A DNA stretch of 62,915 bases, filler included, from Nemertoderma westbladi (Eukaryota; Animalia; Xenacoelomorpha), in the NCBI GenBank assembly GCA_032718475.1. It is 3 parts of 3 records of this genome, joined end to end, with 100 filler letters (N's around TTAATTAATTAA, not from the genome) between each part and the next. Parts side by side here need not be neighbours in the genome. Positions count along the whole stretch, not along the records: positions 1 to 26,560 come from JAUCBJ010005228.1; 2 more parts are not named here. One strand, 5' to 3'. This document shows positions 10,562-22,792 of the stretch, one piece after another. Each line of letters begins with the position of its first letter. The first letter of the stretch is position 1. The translations under genes were made by a program, and so were the position numbers. Below the pieces are notes generated by a model. The model was given only the letters and a program-made list of their open reading frames with translations. It was not told where the DNA came from and did not search any database.

Positions 10562-10838
10562 GGACAACACAATACAACACAATGGATACAATGAATTCCA
10601 CTTCAAATCTTTACCATTTCCAATAATCCAATATAGTTGGTCCTGATGACCAAAATCAGGGTAAACAATACATAAACGACCCTGCATCAGTCGAAACATC
10701 TGCAGGGTGACGCTGGACTCCACATAACACACGAGGAAACACAAATACCATTGCGTGGTTACAGTTGGATTAAGGGGTCCATTATTCATTGTCAGTAAAT
10801 CACAGTTTAAAAGAGTTTGTCAACAGGATGAGAAGGGT

Positions 10839-13800
10839 TTAAACGGGTTTAACATTGTCACCAATGTCTGCAGCAGGATCCGGAGTAGGGAACTTATCAC
10901 CTCTCGTGGAGTCACCACTGTCATTGCCTTCAAGAAGGCACAGCCTCTGGATAGGGCGTTGGTAGTGTCCCTTTGCCATTCGTATCGTCACAGTCCTCGC
11001 AAGTCCGTCTTTACTTGGGGTTATTTCCACGACTCGCGCCACAGGCCAGTGGACGCTGTCTTTAAGGTCTTCCTTAACCAGCACCATGTCGCCAACTGCG
11101 ACGTTCCTGTAGGTGTTATTCCACTTCCTCCTGGTCCGGAGGGTTATGAGGTACTCTTGGGCCCAGATTCTCCACCAATGCCCTGCCAGCGCTTGGGCCT
11201 TTTTCCAATTGGTATGTCTCGCGATATCGTTGGGATTTGGTAACATTGCCTCTGGAAGAATGTTGGTTTTAGGTCTTCCGAGTAGATGGTGTAAGAGGCT
11301 CTAGATCTGTGGGGTCATCGTGGATAGGTACGATGGGCCGGTTGTTTAGGGTAGCCGTGATCTCGCAGAATGTAGTGCGAAGGGTGTCGTGGGTTACCCG
11401 GGTGTCCCCTAATGCGACGCGCATGGATCGTTTCACCAAGTCGATGAGCTTCTCCCATACCCCGCTCGTATGGGGTGCCAAGGGTGTTTGGAAGTGCCAT
11501 TGTATATGGTGTTCCTTCCAGACTTGGGATGCGGTCTCTTCAGTGAACCATCCCTAAGTTCCCTTTCTCCTCCCACGAAGTTCGTTCCATTATCGGAGTA
11601 CATATGCTGGCATGATCCGTTGTTTGCCACGAACCGACGCAGGGCATTGATAAATGCGTGCTGCGTAAGGTTTATCATGAGGTCTAGGTAAATCGCCCTA
11701 GACCTAAGGCATGTGAAGATGGCTCCCAAGCATTTGATGTTAGATCGTCGCTCGATGACTGTAAATGGTCCGAAACAGTCTACTCCGGTTACGTAGAACG
11801 GCGGTGAATTGGACTGCAGTCGTGTAGCCGGTAGGTTGGCCATTCTTTGTGTGAGCGGTGGCGCTAGGTATCACCTGCAAGGGAAACAATGCTTTAATAC
11901 TTTCCGGATCAGTGGCTGGATATGGGTGATCCAATATCTTTGCCGGATGTTAGCCATAATCCAATTCTGGCCCGCATGACGGTTTTCCTCGTGATACCGT
12001 TGGATTAATAGCTTGGCTAGTGTTGACGTTCCGGGCAGAAGCGCTGGGTATTTGACTTCATATTCGACCGGGGCGTTTGCCATCTGGGTATTTAGTCGGA
12101 TCAGTCCATCTTCCCCCATCATGGGTCTCAACTGGTAGACTGGACTGTCTGGTTTCAAGGTCTTGCCCGCACTGAGCTGTTCCCACTCATCGGGGAAACT
12201 TTCTTTCTGGACATATCTAACAATACATTTCTCCGCAATAATGAGTTCTTGTATACTTCGTCGAACTATCGGTTTGTTATCCTTCCACCGCAGGAAGTTG
12301 CGAAGAGTTATGACGTGGTGGATAAGACATCTCATTGAGGAGGTTCGCTCTATCAATGGTTGTAAAGACGCCGCTGGTTGCGTAATAGTCGCAATGTTAT
12401 AGTGCCTGCCCGAGTCCTTTGCAGGCTCGGTCAGGAAACTATAGATCTCCACAGTGGCACTTCCATGGACTTTACGAATCTCCTTGTCATCTTCGGAGTA
12501 TTTCCGCTATCTAGTTCGGGATCGAATCGGGTACTCCAGGTTAATTGTGGCTGCTGTAGGAATTCCGGGCCTGTGAGCCAAAGTTTACTCTTACCGAGCT
12601 GTCATGGGGTGGCGCCTCTGCTCGACAAGTCCAATGGGTTTTCTTTCCCATTTATGTGGTGCCACTATTCTCGGCCGGTACACTGTTTTATTTCTGTGGC
12701 TCGGTTCGCTACGAACGTGGTGTGTCGCCGTGATGGTGAGTGGAGGTAGTAGAGTACGATACTCGAATCAACCCAGAAATGCTGCGATTCGATGGGGATT
12801 CTTAAGTTCCGCATGATCATGCGGTTCTGCCTCACTGCCCAGACTGCGGCCTGTAGCTCGAGTCTCGGGATCGTTGCTACGAATTCCCCGGATACCGTCT
12901 TAGCCTTAGAGAATAAGAAGCTCGTATCGCCGTTTCCATCCTGACTTAATCTTCTTAGGAAGGTAACTACGCTGATTCCGGTATTCGATGCATCCGAGAA
13001 AGTATGGAGCTGGAATATATCGGTGGATAGTTTATCGAGGAAGAACGGTCGAGGGATCCGCATAAGATGTAGATGTTCGAGTTGTTCCGTCCACTTTCTC
13101 CATTTGGCACTGAGGTGTGGGGGGAGTTCTTCGTCCCATCCCAGTCCTTCTATCCACATCTCTTTGATCAAATTCATACCGGCCAATGTTACTGGGGATA
13201 TGAAGTTTAGTGGATCAAATATGGCACTCTTTATAGATAAACATCCCCTTTTTGTCATGGGTTTGGGTCGGGGATTATATTTGAAGATGAACTGATCCAA
13301 TTCTATGTCCCATTCGATACCGAGTACACGGTGATCCACACCCTCGGAATACATTTTGTTGTCGTCTAGCCTGATTTCCTCCGGGAACTTTTCCATAAGT
13401 TCCTTATCATGGGATCTAAACTTTACGAGAGGGAAACCTCCTCTCTTTAAACATTCCACCATTCCCATCACCAGCTGATATGCCTCTTTGACATTATCGG
13501 CACCGGCGCATCCGTCGTCTACGTAGAAACATCGTCGGATGGTCTCTATGACTGTCGGAGGGAACTCATTTTCGCACATAGCCGCTGTTTTCGTCAGCAT
13601 GTCGCTACATGCCACCGGCGAGTCCTTAGCGCCGAAGATTCTGACAATCATGTGCATTACGTCCACATCCTTCAAGGTGAGTTGATTTATCTCCTGTGGA
13701 GTTAACGTTTTATCTGTCCACTATATAGGTAGACAATCTGAGTCTCTTGGTAGCGTTCGGACCTGGTGGAACATCGCTTTGATGTCGCATGTGAAGGCTA

Positions 13801-16800
13801 TTCAGTTTTCCCTAAACCTGATCAACACGCCGATGAGTGTACTGTAGATGTTGGGCCCTGTATAAAGTTGGCTGTTCAGGGATTCGCCCTGATACATAGC
13901 CGCAGCATCATTTACTACCCGGATTTTACCGCCCTTCCGGGCTTCTACCACATAGTGGGTTGGGAGGTAATACGTCCGTCTAGTCCTCTGCAGTTCATTC
14001 CGGGGTACCATTTCCGCCAATCCATCAACTAAATATCCTTTAATTACGTTATTGTATTTCTCCTTTATCTCGGGTAGGTCGTTTAACTGGCGTAGGTTTC
14101 CCTTGAACCTCCTAAGGGCCATGCTGGCATTATTCGCCATCGGTCTATCTGGGTCTTTCCAAAGCATGGGTGAACACCAATGTCCGTCTTTGAACGTTGC
14201 CAGATCAAGAACGTCGATACAATATTGATCTTCCTCGGACGGGTTCTCGTCCTTATCAGCAAACTCTTGGGTCTCTAAGTTGAAATACTTTGTCATCTCC
14301 TGCTGGGTTTTTTCGGTTTCTAGGAATAAATCCTCGTCCAGGTCGGTTGCTGAACAGTAACCCACGGATGTTGCGTTCTCTTTGATCTGGCATTTAGGGA
14401 GATATGTATATGTGTCGGTAGTCTCCTCTTTGATGCCACAGAGTGTCCATCCCATGATGGTGCACTCTGCATAAAAACCATCACCCGGCTTTACGGATCG
14501 GGCGACGTCTCCGGTTGGTATATGTAACTCCTCCGGTGTGTCAAGTCCGATTAGTAGGGTAATTCGGTTCACGTCCAACGGCGGGCATCGTAGATCTACA
14601 TCTTCCCGGTCTAGCTGTATGAGGGGTGCGTATTCAGATGATTGTCGGAACCGCACTCGGAGATCGGTGTGTACCAGAGCGTTTTTGATCGTCAGTTTGA
14701 CTGTCTCGTAACCCTTCATAACCCCTTCCATCTTCAGTTGTACCTCCCCGGACTCCACTTCTTTATGGTCGGTTATAGTCTGTATGGGCCGCTTGCAAGG
14801 TTCATAGTCTAGGCCTAGTTGTTCGAGGAAATCCCGGTTGATGATGGTTCCGTCCGACCCGTTGTCGAGGAACGCGAGTGTTGTTAAGGATTTCCCGATC
14901 CCTTGGATTCTTACTGGGATCACTTTAGCGAAGACCATATAACGGCGGTTTATAAGATTGACCATAGCTGATATACTGGTCACATGTGATACATCGGCGG
15001 TGGTCTTAAACAGATTGGTTTCCCTCCGCTGAATCATCCGGGTACCCTTAGAGACGTGATTCGTTTCTCCTCTCCGTTTGGATTCGATCCGGAATGGTAG
15101 GGTGGTAAAATCGAAGTTCGCAGGGATGTGGAGGAGTGTGTGATGGCGTAGGTCATTACAGACCGCGCAGCACGACCTTTGGTCGCAATCCCGGACGTAG
15201 TGACCTGTTCCGAGACACCGGAAGCATCCTCGGTGTTTCATTATTGCCTCGAAGCGTGGAACGAGTTCAGCAAACTGGAACTTTCTGCAGAATTCCACCT
15301 TGTGTTTCTCCCCGCAGAAGAGACATAGGAGGGAGGTTGTGGTGCCTTCCCTTTCGGGTACCCAATTCGCTAGATAACACGCCCATTCCTCAGCTTATGT
15401 CGGTTCCTCGTAGTCCTCGTTGTCGGAATCTTCGGCCATGGTGATGGCCACCATACTCACCGGAGGGGGGCAGAATCTCGGTTTCGGAGTGGGTGCCCTG
15501 CTCCTAGAGTTGTTCTCTATTCCGTCTAACTTGGAGAGACTTTGTTTGGAGAACATCGAGTCATTCATGGCTTCGGAGATATCATCTAAGAATGCCGACA
15601 TTTTGAGGAAACTGGGATCCCAATCCGGGTGTCTGCGTCGGAGATCGATGCATTTATACACCCATTTGCTTTGCAGCCATCCGGGGAACTTTCGGGCAAT
15701 CTGTTGGAGGGTTTAAGATGTTGTTTACTTGTTCCTCCTTGTTTAATGGTTTTAAAGTGTAGTAGGCATCTTTCATAGAGTCCGAGAACTCTTGGATATT
15801 CTGTGGGTCCCCTAGGGATCCAGCGTCCTGTATCAGCTTTTCAAGCGTCTTATTAATTATAGTTCCGATGTTTCCATATCTTTTATCTAGAGTTTTCCAT
15901 GCGTCATGGTACGCTTCATGAGATCCTCCTTCGAAACATTTAACGATTCGACGTGGTTTGTCACCCAGGTATTGAGATAAATATACCAGTTTTTGTGTGT
16001 CGGTTATATCCATTGATCCGATCTGAGCAAAGAACCGTTTCTTAAATCCAAGGTAATCGACGGGGTCTCCCTCGAAGGTGCGGATCTCCATCTTGGGCAT
16101 AGCCAGGCGGTTTTCCAAGGCTCGGATGATGTCAACGTCGTCCGAACTGGAATGACTAGGAGGATTGTAATTACTAACACTCTCTCCCCTGCATGATGGA
16201 TCGATGAGAGGTGGGGTTTCAATGATGACGCGGTTACGGATTTTCGGTGTGGATGTGAACGGATAATTGGATCGAGGGGTGGCGTCCCATTCCGAGTCCT
16301 TTTCAGGCTCGTACTGGGGAACGCTCGGTGCCGTAGGATTGGATGGGAAATAAGGTTCCTCATTCTTAAGCGTAACCGGTGGGGGATGGAATACCGGTGC
16401 TTGTGCCGATAACGTAGACTGTATGGTTGGCAGGAACTCAGGTTTTGGAGGTTTCGCAGTCGGTGGCGTAAATGACTTTTCTAATTCCGGGACCGGGATT
16501 GGTTCATAGTCCTGTTCTATACCCCTTTCCCAGTCCTCGTATAGTTGGAGGTCCCGTTCTATGAGTGCTGCCTCGTAGTCTGCGAGTTTAGCAATGTCCA
16601 CATTCTTTTTGTGAACAAGAATCGCTTGGGCCTCGGCACTTCGTTTACGCATTTCGGCCTCTTGTTTCCGTATCTCAGCCTGTTGTTCGGCCTCTACTTT
16701 ACGCATTTCGGCCTCTTGTTTTTGTCATTCGGCCCCTTGTTTCCGTGTCTCAGCCTATTGTTCGGCCTCTACTTTACGCATTTCGGCCTCTTGTTTCCGT

Positions 16801-17543
16801 GTCTCGGCCTGTTGTTTGGCCTCTACTTTACGCATTTCGGCCTCTTGTTTTTGTCGTTCGGCCTTTTGTTTCCGTATCTCAGCCTGCATTTCGGCCTCCT
16901 GTTTATGTCTCTCCTCAGCGAATACATCCTGTTCAATCTGTAGTTGGACATATTCGTCTTCCATTCGAGCTTTAAGGGCCAGTGCCCTCTGTTCTCGTAG
17001 CTGATCTCGGAGTGGTTGACCCCCTTGAGAACTGCGCGCTGAACCAGATATCTCTCTCCTAGCGCTGAAGTGCTGGTGCCTCGAGGACCCAGTTCTTTTT
17101 CGCTGAACCACGGTCCTGGTTCCGGAGGTCCGTACCGATTCTGCGTCCGCCCTTTCAGTTCTTTTATAGTACTGTTCCTCGTAGCCCCTTACGAGGCTGA
17201 GGGTCCTCCGATGTTGTTTGCGGAACTCGTCCAGATGTGCGACGTGTTCTTCCAGTCTGGGGTAGTTTCCCAGATCGGTTGCGGGAATGAGTTCCTGATA
17301 TGCCTGTATCATCCGTTCATATCGTTGTAAGATACTTCGGATATTCTGTAGTTGAGTCTGTATGTCGCTGAGGGGGGTCTCGGCTCCCTTTAGTTGTTTC
17401 TCGATGCGGTGGTATGCTCGAGTCACTCCGCCTTTGAGAGCGCCCAGTCGACAGGCCATGTTCTTCACATTCGGTATCTCGTCGGTTTCCGAGTCTGTGT
17501 GGTGGTCCATTTCATCGGTGTCGGAGACGTTATTCGTCGTCAT
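10839..17543 (-). pseudogene. BEL/Pao gag-pol polyprotein, disrupted
   Basis: Gag MPKMEIRTFEGDP; Zn knuckles CLFCGEKH, CFRCLGTGH, CAVCNDLRHHTLLH; protease FLDNGS; RT YVDD; RNase H FSDAS and TIPRLELQAA; integrase GVDCFGP, SDNGTNF, APHTSGVWE; C-terminal WPVARV..RPIQRL. In-frame stops at 16755, 15395, 13802, 12665 plus about five frameshifts. Confidence 0.95.
16640..16915 (-). repeat. Coding tandem repeat in gag (EAEMRKVEAEQQAETRKQ-like coiled coil)
   Basis: Repeated acgcatttcggcctcttgttt units. Confidence 0.9.
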
Positions 17544-17731
17544 TCTAGCGCCTCGTTGATTGCTAGATATGCGATATCGTAAAATAGTTCTTCGTAGGTC
17601 TCATATTCAGCCTGGACTACCCGAACGGTAATCCTGAATCGTCCAACGTTCGTTCCTTGTACTTCGACTTCGACGTGCCAGATTCCTGGCTCAACTTGGA
17701 TTATATAAATAGGTGTGATCGATACTTCCAT
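17540..17731 (-). CDS. Possible 63-aa upstream ORF whose stop overlaps the gag ATG (ATGA)
   Basis: tcat at 17540-17543 on the + strand; no homology recognised. Confidence 0.3.
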   Translation of the reverse strand: MEVSITPIYIIQVEPGIWHVEVEVQGTNVGRFRITVRVVQAEYETYEELFYDIAYLAINEALE

Positions 17732-17913
17732 TCCCTGTAAACGACTCTCTTATTTATGATCTGCCGACTACGAGTTTTTTGGTTTGAGTTTGTAAATTGA
17801 TTGAACCACGGCTTTGTCTTAAATCAAATACCAGAGTTTCCTCGTAGTGGGTGCTGGGTAAGCACGGAGAGAGTTTGAAGAGTACTGTAGAATTCCCAAC
17901 TTCCACCAGTTGA

Positions 17914-19253
17914 TGTTGGCCGCGTCTTATTCTCAATTTTTGTTGCCGTTATTCCCGACACCATGGGGGGAAAAACGCCGATGCTGGAGGCGGAATTTTC
18001 AGACCACGGGATTCCGGCCAGTCACCGGATATTGGGAGTGGAGAAGGAGTACTTTCTTAAATGCAAGATTGCAATTGAGAAAACATTGCATTGGTTGGAA
18101 ATAATCTTTTAATGTAACCTTGATCGAATCTCATTGAATCTTGTTCAACATTGAATCTTGAACATTGAACACCAAATAATGCAGCCTTTTCTACAGTTGA
18201 ACCCTGATTGAGAATAAGTTGGGCTTCCCCACACCAATATACACCAAATATTCACAATAATATACGACAATATAAATTCCTACAGTACATTATGTAATTA
18301 CCCACTGTTCGCTTTAGATTTTAACCTAACTAATGTTCCCCATTTCCCCTCGGTCCTAGTCTCGGTACCGTAGTGTCGGTGTCGGTCGGCCCTGTTGCGT
18401 GTCCATCCCACCCTTCCCGAACTCCGAAGGGATCGGTCATCAGGAAAGCGGTATGGCTTGGCTAAGGGTCGGTCAAGTCGGTAGACCCTGTTGCGTGTCC
18501 GTCCCACCCTTCCCGAACCCCGAAGGGATCGGTCATCAGGAAAGCGGTACGGCTTGGCTAAGGGTCGGTCAAGTCGGTAGACCCGGTTGCGTGTCCGTCC
18601 CACCCTTCCCAAACCCCGAAGGGATCGGTCATCAGGAAAGCGGTACGGCTAGGGGTCCGTCGGTTCATCACAGGGACCCAACCACCTAAGCTTTCCGAAT
18701 CCTTTTCAGGCTCGTAATCGCTTCGGTAGCCGAGAAGCTGCTCCGAACAGTCGGTAGGCCAGTGGAGTCCGGTCCTTTGTCTTTCAACCCTGTTGCGTGT
18801 CCGTCCCACCCTTCCTGAACCCCGAAGGGATCGGTCATCAGGAAAGCGGTACAGCTTGGCAAGGGGTCTGTCAGCCCGTCGTGAGTCCCAACTGTTGGTA
18901 GTTTTCTGAGTCCTTATTCAGGCTCGTACTAACGCCGGTCGTGGAACCCACTCCAGGAAGGCAGTCCTCGTCGAACCCTTCCTCCGTTTAGTCGGTTGAC
19001 CCGTCGCAAGTCCCTGGCGTAGAGTCCTTATTCAGGCTCGTAATAACTGCCGGTGACCAGGGACCGCTAAGGATCTGTCTGTCGGTTCCCATCGCAAATC
19101 CCTGACACAATCAGCAGACTTTCCGAGTCCTTATTCAGGCTTGTAATAACTGCTGTTGGCCAGGGACCGCTAAGGGCAGTCCTTGTCCCTAGGCCTAGCG
19201 AGTTACCAAATCCACCTTTACAGGCAGCAGGAAGTTGGCTAGGCCTAATAGTA
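17914..19253 (-). repeat. 5' LTR, apparently truncated at its start
   Basis: Direct repeat of 7038-8351; ends GCCAACA at 17914, followed after 5 nt by TGGTGGAAGTTGGG (PBS-like, tRNA not identified); no TG at the 19253 boundary. Confidence 0.85.
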
Positions 19254-21329
19254 TTCAGGTAAACCTGAGTACTGCTTGATTTTGCCTCCCACCCTTGGCC
19301 CTCAAATATCTGACATGAGTCCCGTACCCCATAAGTCGCCCCAATATTCGCCCGTAAATCGCCCCCAGTCCATTGAATATACCCAAATTCCATGTTCCCG
19401 CACCCAGTATTGATATTGGAATATTCATTATAAATAAATCCGAAAAAATATTCAACTCGCGTTTTGAAAAGTTGAAATACCGCGAACACACGGAATATAA
19501 AGGGAGCGAAGTTTGCTGGAATTAGAACGGGTTGGTTTAAAGTTATATTTATCGTTAACGGAAAAAGTTTGTTTGACGAATCGAAATAGAAGCCAAACGA
19601 GTTGTCTAGTAGCGTAAACTGATTCTTGGTGCAAACCATCTCATTGTTTGAATAGCTGATCTCCATTTGTGGTATTGTGAATAGGTAACTCGTTTTAGGA
19701 AATAAATAAATACTTTTAAGAAAAATAATTCAAACTTTTTAACAATACAAATTAAAACATTCCCCAATGGGACAATCTAAGTTAATACTGCACTGCTTCT
19801 TTGCTAAAATTTTAGGATTATAACCACAACCATGTCCTTTGAAATAGGGATTGCGATGTGCTATTGGATTGAGGGAATAATAAAACATTTCATTGGGTTA
19901 ATTAAATGTAAAACATTAGTTACGATGGGAAATGGGGTGATTTGAGGATGGGAAGTGTGTCGGAGAAAAGTGCATGTAATGGGCTACTGCATTAGTTTGG
20001 GTATGTTAATTAATGTTAAACTACAGTATCTGAAGAAATATTTTAGGCATTGCATGCGTGGGGGGGGGGGGGGGGGGGGTTATGCATTACTTCAAACAAA
20101 AAACTACAGTATAGAGATGGTTGAGGATTAATTTAACATATGTGCAGAGTGCTTCATATAGTACAATGTGAAAGAAGGCAATCTATTGCTGTAAGCGGAT
20201 TCAATTCCCTTACATTACCCACCCGAACATGGGACCAGTGGCATTTTACCAATATAGTTGGCAATACGAGATTACCAATAATAATCTCGCCTCATAACCA
20301 ACTCGGGGGGGGGGGGGGGGGGCGACACAGGCCCTAAAGCCACAGAGAGATGTGAGAGGTCAAACCACCTCACAGGGAGAACCCAGCTAGTCGAGGCTAG
20401 CGGCAGGGGGTAACACTTACAAGGAGTGCCAAAGTGACAATTAGTATATAAGCCAATAGTGGGCAGAGGAGCACATGGGGAAAGATAGGAAAGCATCCAT
20501 TGGGTAGCAAAGGCCAAAGTAGAGTAGAGGTGAAACCAATATGTATGTGTATCAATCATATATTTGGATTATATTCGGTGCAGTTGTGGAGCCGAAATAG
20601 TTTTGACCGTCGTTAACCGCTGTGCCTGTTATATATTAACTTTGATTGCTTGCTGACTGTGCTATAGTTACTTTCTGTGATCATTAACATCTATGTTGAT
20701 TGCTATACACTTCAAACTCTGTTATTTTTCCCGACGGCCTTCGGCCAAAGATACCAATCCAGCAGACAAGCGACTAAGCGACGCGTACAATTCTCAAACC
20801 GGTCGGGATCCGACTGTCAACTCTAAGATCACGTCACAATTGCAAACCAGATGTTTATTGTAATTTTCTCAGGCGTATTTGACAATGGTCGTATGGTGTG
20901 TAATTAATGGTTGCAGTTGGCCTATATGCGATTCGGGGTTAATGCTGGCGCGTAAGTCGTAAACCTATGGTTTCCAATCTTACATGATAACGAAACTGGA
21001 GGTTTAAATAATTTACAATTCGTGCAACCCCAACCTACGCGTTGACATACAGTATAACTCAACGTAGGATTCAGTGGGATTAATATTGCTACGTCTAATA
21101 AGAGCCCAACAGCCTCAGATTATTGGGGGACTGAGTCAGGGCCAAACTGGCCCACGTATTTTCCTGTGAGGGTAAATTATGTTTTGGGCCCCGCTACGTC
21201 GTTTTATTTCATTCTATCATTACCTACTACGGTACTTTATGACAAAATAATACAAATGTACTATATATTGTACTGTATGGTACCTATTGTATTGTATATT
21301 TTATCTACTGTACCTACTGTAGTACTATA

Positions 21330-21813
21330 TATTCATCGCGAGTCCCCTATCTGATTGATTTGCGTCAAATTAAATTGCTTTTGGCAACATTTTTTGATAC
21401 AAATCAATCGATTAAGTAATTAATTAATTGTTTAATCCACCAATTAATTAATTAATTGAATAATTAATGACCTACTTAATACCTAAGGTGTGAAGTTGGT
21501 CCAACTGTCGCAGAAATGGGGTAACCATTACTACTGTTATTAACCAACTTAATTAACTAATTAACTGCTATTATCTTAGCTTCTCGAAGGCCACACGGAA
21601 ATTCAACTTGGAAAATTTCTAAACTTTGGCCAGACTACATGTGTACCAAGTTTGGTTAAATTTCATTAACATTTGGCTGAGTTATTAACGTTTAAAATTG
21701 GACACAACAGAATAACAGATCAACAGAACAACAGAGCAACAGACACACCGATTGAGTTAGTGGTACCGTACCTGTATGCTAAGCTCGCTTACTTTAGCCG
21801 CTCGCCCCACTAT
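21330..21813 (-). mobile_element. Non-autonomous interspersed repeat, Helentron/DINE-1-like; second copy at 55735-56010 (+)
   Basis: 21540-21813 is the reverse complement of 55735-56010; GC-rich subterminal segment followed by a short ctgt-type microsatellite. Confidence 0.55.
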
Positions 21814-22342
21814 AACAATAGTATGTTAACCTGAGTTCGAGCATGGAACTCAACTACTGTACTGATCTGACTGAAATTCACGATGAGCCCGACCAAGGGA
21901 GTTTACTTATTTGGAGGTAGTAAACGGCCAGTTCTCGAATCCCCCCCCCCCCCCCCCCCATCTGGGAGTTAACGCGTCCCCTTATCTGCTTTTTTGTATG
22001 ATTTTTGATTGAGCAATGCTACCAAATAGTAGATGGTATCTAAAGACCCTCTTTAACTTCATCTCAACGGGCATACTAAACTCCCTTGGCATCGAACGAC
22101 CTGTTTTAGTTGGGAATGGTATCAAAATAGTAAGTTTAAGTTCATCTTAGTCTCAAGACTATCTCACGAATCAGTGCCATAGGTCAGAACGTTTATTACG
22201 GTACACCTACTTCCTGTATGTGTAAATATCTCATACAGTAGTATAAAACATCGTATAAACAGCCACCCTCATTAAATATTTATAGTAACGAAAGAAACAT
22301 TAAACAAAAGTCATACATACTTAGGTAACTGTAGGTCATGTT

Positions 22343-22792
22343 CTACTCTCGTTTCGTAGAAGGATAATACCTGATCAGTTGGTATGTATTGACCAATAGC
22401 AATGCGTTAACCGCGTATGTTGAAACACAAATCATGCAGTTCTGTTCTAGAACAAAATATAGAATCATTGCTAAGTATATGCTCCCAACATTACTTAGTA
22501 CACAACCGGCAAACAAAAGGTATCCCCCGTACATATTGGTTGGGTACAGTTCCAAAGTTAATTCCACTGCATAGAAAATGGCGCCGTATACACTGTTGGG
22601 CAGGTTGAATAGGCTATCATCTCCTAGAATATGGGAAACCATACCGAACCCGTTACCAAAACTGGAGGTAAATACTCGAGATGTGCCGTCGTATTTAACT
22701 TTCAGAGCATACACTGAGAGAAGTATTCCAATAACGCATAAAATTCGACGCACGGAAAACAGCTGTTTCTGGTCGCTATTCGGGGTCTCCAT
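22343..22792 (-). CDS. VKOR: Vitamin K epoxide reductase (VKORC1/VKORC1L1 family), intronless, 149 aa, lacking the loop cysteine pair
   Basis: G..LS.YAL.VK, SRVFTSSFGNGFG, NLPNSVYGAIFY, GSIYLAMILYFVL, CMIC-VSTYAVN active-site CXXC. Confidence 0.93.
   Translation of the reverse strand: METPNSDQKQLFSVRRILCVIGILLSVYALKVKYDGTSRVFTSSFGNGFGMVSHILGDDSLFNLPNSVYGAIFYAVELTLELYPTNMYGGYLLFAGCVLSNVGSIYLAMILYFVLEQNCMICVSTYAVNALLLVNTYQLIRYYPSTKRE

Larger units (their letters stand above)
7038..19253 (-). mobile_element. BEL/Pao LTR retrotransposon with an additional ORF; gag-pol disabled
   Basis: Long direct repeats at both ends; domain order Gag-PR-RT-RH-INT with BEL/Pao-type motifs; no TSD found. Confidence 0.95.

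Noticed and set aside
10640-10700. Hammerhead ribozyme (CTGATGA...GAAA on +)
   Set aside because: No stem II closes between CTGATGA and GAAA, and stems I and III cannot be formed
13802-13804. Programmed readthrough or frameshift in pol
   Set aside because: One of about nine scattered lesions, consistent with decay
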